Below, piece after piece: positions 61,437-64,000 of a stretch of 64,000 nt of DNA. Position numbers and translations under genes: made by a program. Origin of the DNA: Anaeramoeba ignava BMAN (Eukaryota > Protista > Anaeramoebae); assembly GCA_028826165.1 (NCBI GenBank), contig JAPDFW010000144.1:47001-111000 (forward strand), written 5' to 3'. Each line of letters starts with the position of its first letter. Within the stretch, counting starts at the first letter, position 1. The notes under the pieces were generated by a model, which saw only the letters and a list, made by a program, of their open reading frames with translations, ran no database searches and had not been told where the DNA came from.

Positions 61437-61989
61437 TAAATAATTAATTTTTGATTTTTAAAATTTTTAATGTTCTTGAAAAAGATAAAAAAAAGATAAA
61501 AAGATAAAAAGATAAAAAGATTTAATAAAAGAAAAAATTTTGGAATCAACATCAAAAGATAATTGTTCTTATTTTTGTTTTTTAATTTTTCTTTTATTTT
61601 TATTTTTAATTTAAAAAAATAAAAGATTGATAAAAAGAATTTAAATTTATTTTTATTTTAAAATTCTTTTTAATTGATTAACAAATATTTTTCTTTTTGT
61701 TAATTCAACTTTTTGATTTTTATTTTTATTTTTATTAAATAATTCGATTTTTATTTTTATTTTCCCCTAATTCCACAAATTAAATTTTAATTTCTAAATT
61801 ATCAATTATTTTTATTTTAATTTCCATTTTTCTTTCTTCCTTTCTTTAGTTTCTTTTTATTTTTCAAAACAAAAACAAAATTCCATTTTTATTTAAATAT
61901 AAAAATAATAAATAATATATTTTAATAATTATTACTTTTTATTTTTATTTATTAATTTAATTTAAATAAAAATTAAAATTAAAATAAAT

Positions 61990-62935
61990 ATTATTCAAAT
62001 CAAAATTAAATTAAATAAATTAATCAAATTAAATCAAATAAATATTAATCAAATTAAATAAATAAATATTAATCAAATAAATCAAATATTAATCAAATTA
62101 AATAAATATTTAATCCAAATTAAATTAAAATAAATATTAATCAAATTAAATCAAATAAATATTAATTAAATTCAAATAAATAAATATTAATCAAATTAAA
62201 TTAAATAAATATTAATCAAATTAAATCAAAATAAATATTAATCAAATTAATCCCAAAATAAATATTGATAAATCGAAATTAAATAAAAATATTGTCAAAA
62301 TTAAATCAAATAAAATATTGTCCAATTATAAATCCAATGAAATATTGAAAATTAAAATTCAATAAATATTGTCAAATTGAAATGGCAAAGTAAATATTAA
62401 ATAAATAAATTGGGTAAATAAATTATTCAATGTAAATTGAAAAAATAAATAAATGTGAATATTCAAATAAAATAAAAATAATGGTAAATTAAATTCCAAA
62501 TCAAATATTAATCAAATTAAAAAATAAAATAAATGACCCAAATTAAATTAAAAAGGTAAATATTAAATATTAATTGTAAAATTAAATAAAATGAAAAATT
62601 CAAAATTGAAATATAAATATTATTAATCCAAAATTAAATTAAATAAAAATAAAATCAAAATTCAAATTAAAATAAATATTGTCAAATCAATTTAAAGAAT
62701 TAAATAAATTAGAAATCAAATAAATTAAAATAAATATTGAAAATCAAATTAAATAGAAAAATATCAATAAAAATCCAATTAAATATATAATCAAATTAAT
62801 TTAAATAAATATGGTAATCCAATTAAAATTAAATAATATTAAAATTAAAATCAAAATAATGATAGATCAAATTAAATCAAATAAATATTAAATAAATTAA
62901 ATTAAATAAATATTAATCAAATTAAATTAAAATTT
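61990..62935. repeat. Degenerate ~25-30 bp AT-rich tandem repeat (AAATAAATATTAATCAAATTAAATC-like)
   Basis: Regular at both ends and noisy in the middle. Confidence 0.7.
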
Positions 62936-64000
62936 AATACTGTGTGAAAGCATTTGTATATTAGAAATATTTCAAAAATTAAAAGATTAAAAAATTAATA
63001 ATCAAATCAATTTAAAAATAAAATCAAAAAGAAATTGAATTCTTTTATAATCAATTTATTTGGATAATTTTATTTTGAACTTGCATTAAAAATTCAAAAA
63101 AAATATAAGAATGAGTTCAATTCTTTCAAAATGTTTACTTTTATTATTCAGAAAAGAAAGCTTTTTATATTCTTTTCATTTTTGAAATTATAATGAAAAA
63201 AATGGAATTAGAAGATTATCTTTTATCAAAAATAATCGTAAAACATCTTTCAATAACATTTGCAGTTCAAAATTGAAAATTTAATTAAAATAAATATGAA
63301 TACAAAATATTAGATTATCAAAATAAAGATAAATTTTTTGATAAATTATATCCTCAATTATTAAATCAACAAATTTATCAATCAATTCAATCTAATTTTA
63401 GAAACTTAAAGAAAAGAAAATTCAACAACAAGAAAGAAAATATTCCAATATTAATTTTACTTTTTGAAAACAAAATTTTTATGAAGATTAAAAATATTTT
63501 CACAAAATGGAACCAATTTCATTTGAAAACAAATTTGAAAAGAAGCTAAAAAATTTTCAGAAAAATTTAAAAAAAATTTATTGAAAAATCAAATAATCTT
63601 TACAAAATTCATTACAACAATTTATTTACAATATGTAGTTCTTAATAAAAAATAAATGCAAACCATAATTTGGGTTCTTATATTTCCAAATGATACTTGT
63701 TTCAATTTGTTTCATCCAATTCAAGAAAAACAATTGAATGTGGACATTGTTTGTGAAAAATATAAATAAATTTACTGAAATTTGCTTTGATTTAATTAAA
63801 TCAATTTAAATAATGAAATAATACAAAATTCAATTAAATTTTGTTATTATTGAAAAGATAAAGTTTAAAAATTTCAAAAAGATTTAAAAGAAAATTAATT
63901 TTTCATCTCATCCAATAAAATGAATAAATAATTACAAAATAACAACGCTTCATTGGAGAAACGATAGATTTTGAAATTCAAAAGAAATAGTCCCTAATTC

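Noticed and set aside
62940-64000. Possible gene on the + strand at the window end
   Set aside because: Coding-like fragments, but too many stops and indels and no recognisable motif.
1-64000. Alternative genetic code, inteins, transposons, rRNA or tRNA genes
   Set aside because: TAA, TAG and TGA all end conserved genes, and long ORFs have no in-frame stops. I recognised no Hint, transposase, RT or structural RNA signatures by eye.

Overview
Very AT-rich, intron-containing eukaryotic (protist) DNA using the standard code. The tandem RCC1-BTB genes, large Cys-rich multipass receptor and NQ/NE microsatellites suggest an Anaeramoeba-like anaerobic amoeba (inference, not confirmed). Genes in order: a Rabconnectin-3/DMXL/Rav1 WD40 protein (5'-partial), CEP104-like, an RNase T2-like gene missed by the ORF track, FEN1, an AMN1/FBXL-like LRR protein, five RCC1-BTB genes, a ~2,030-aa Cys-rich multipass receptor, TPT1, a PH-domain dynamin, two tandem FG-GAP membrane protein genes, a small C4-zinc-finger/coiled-coil gene, an ankyrin protein and a divergent polyubiquitin. 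Main findings: (1) a U12-type AT-AC intron with consensus donor and branch point at 17973-18875; (2) an RCC1-BTB array whose propeller loops are hypervariable and recombined between copies, one copy carrying a CaaX tail; (3) a dynamin with a PH domain; (4) FG-GAP genes that look bacterial in origin but carry six introns; (5) a tandem array built from the CEP104 start codon region; (6) microsatellites that inflate introns, encode NQ/NE/SK tracts and supply stop codons. Several frameshifts look like long-read consensus errors, most of all after ~57.9 kb. All gene models were spliced by eye and no database searches were run.
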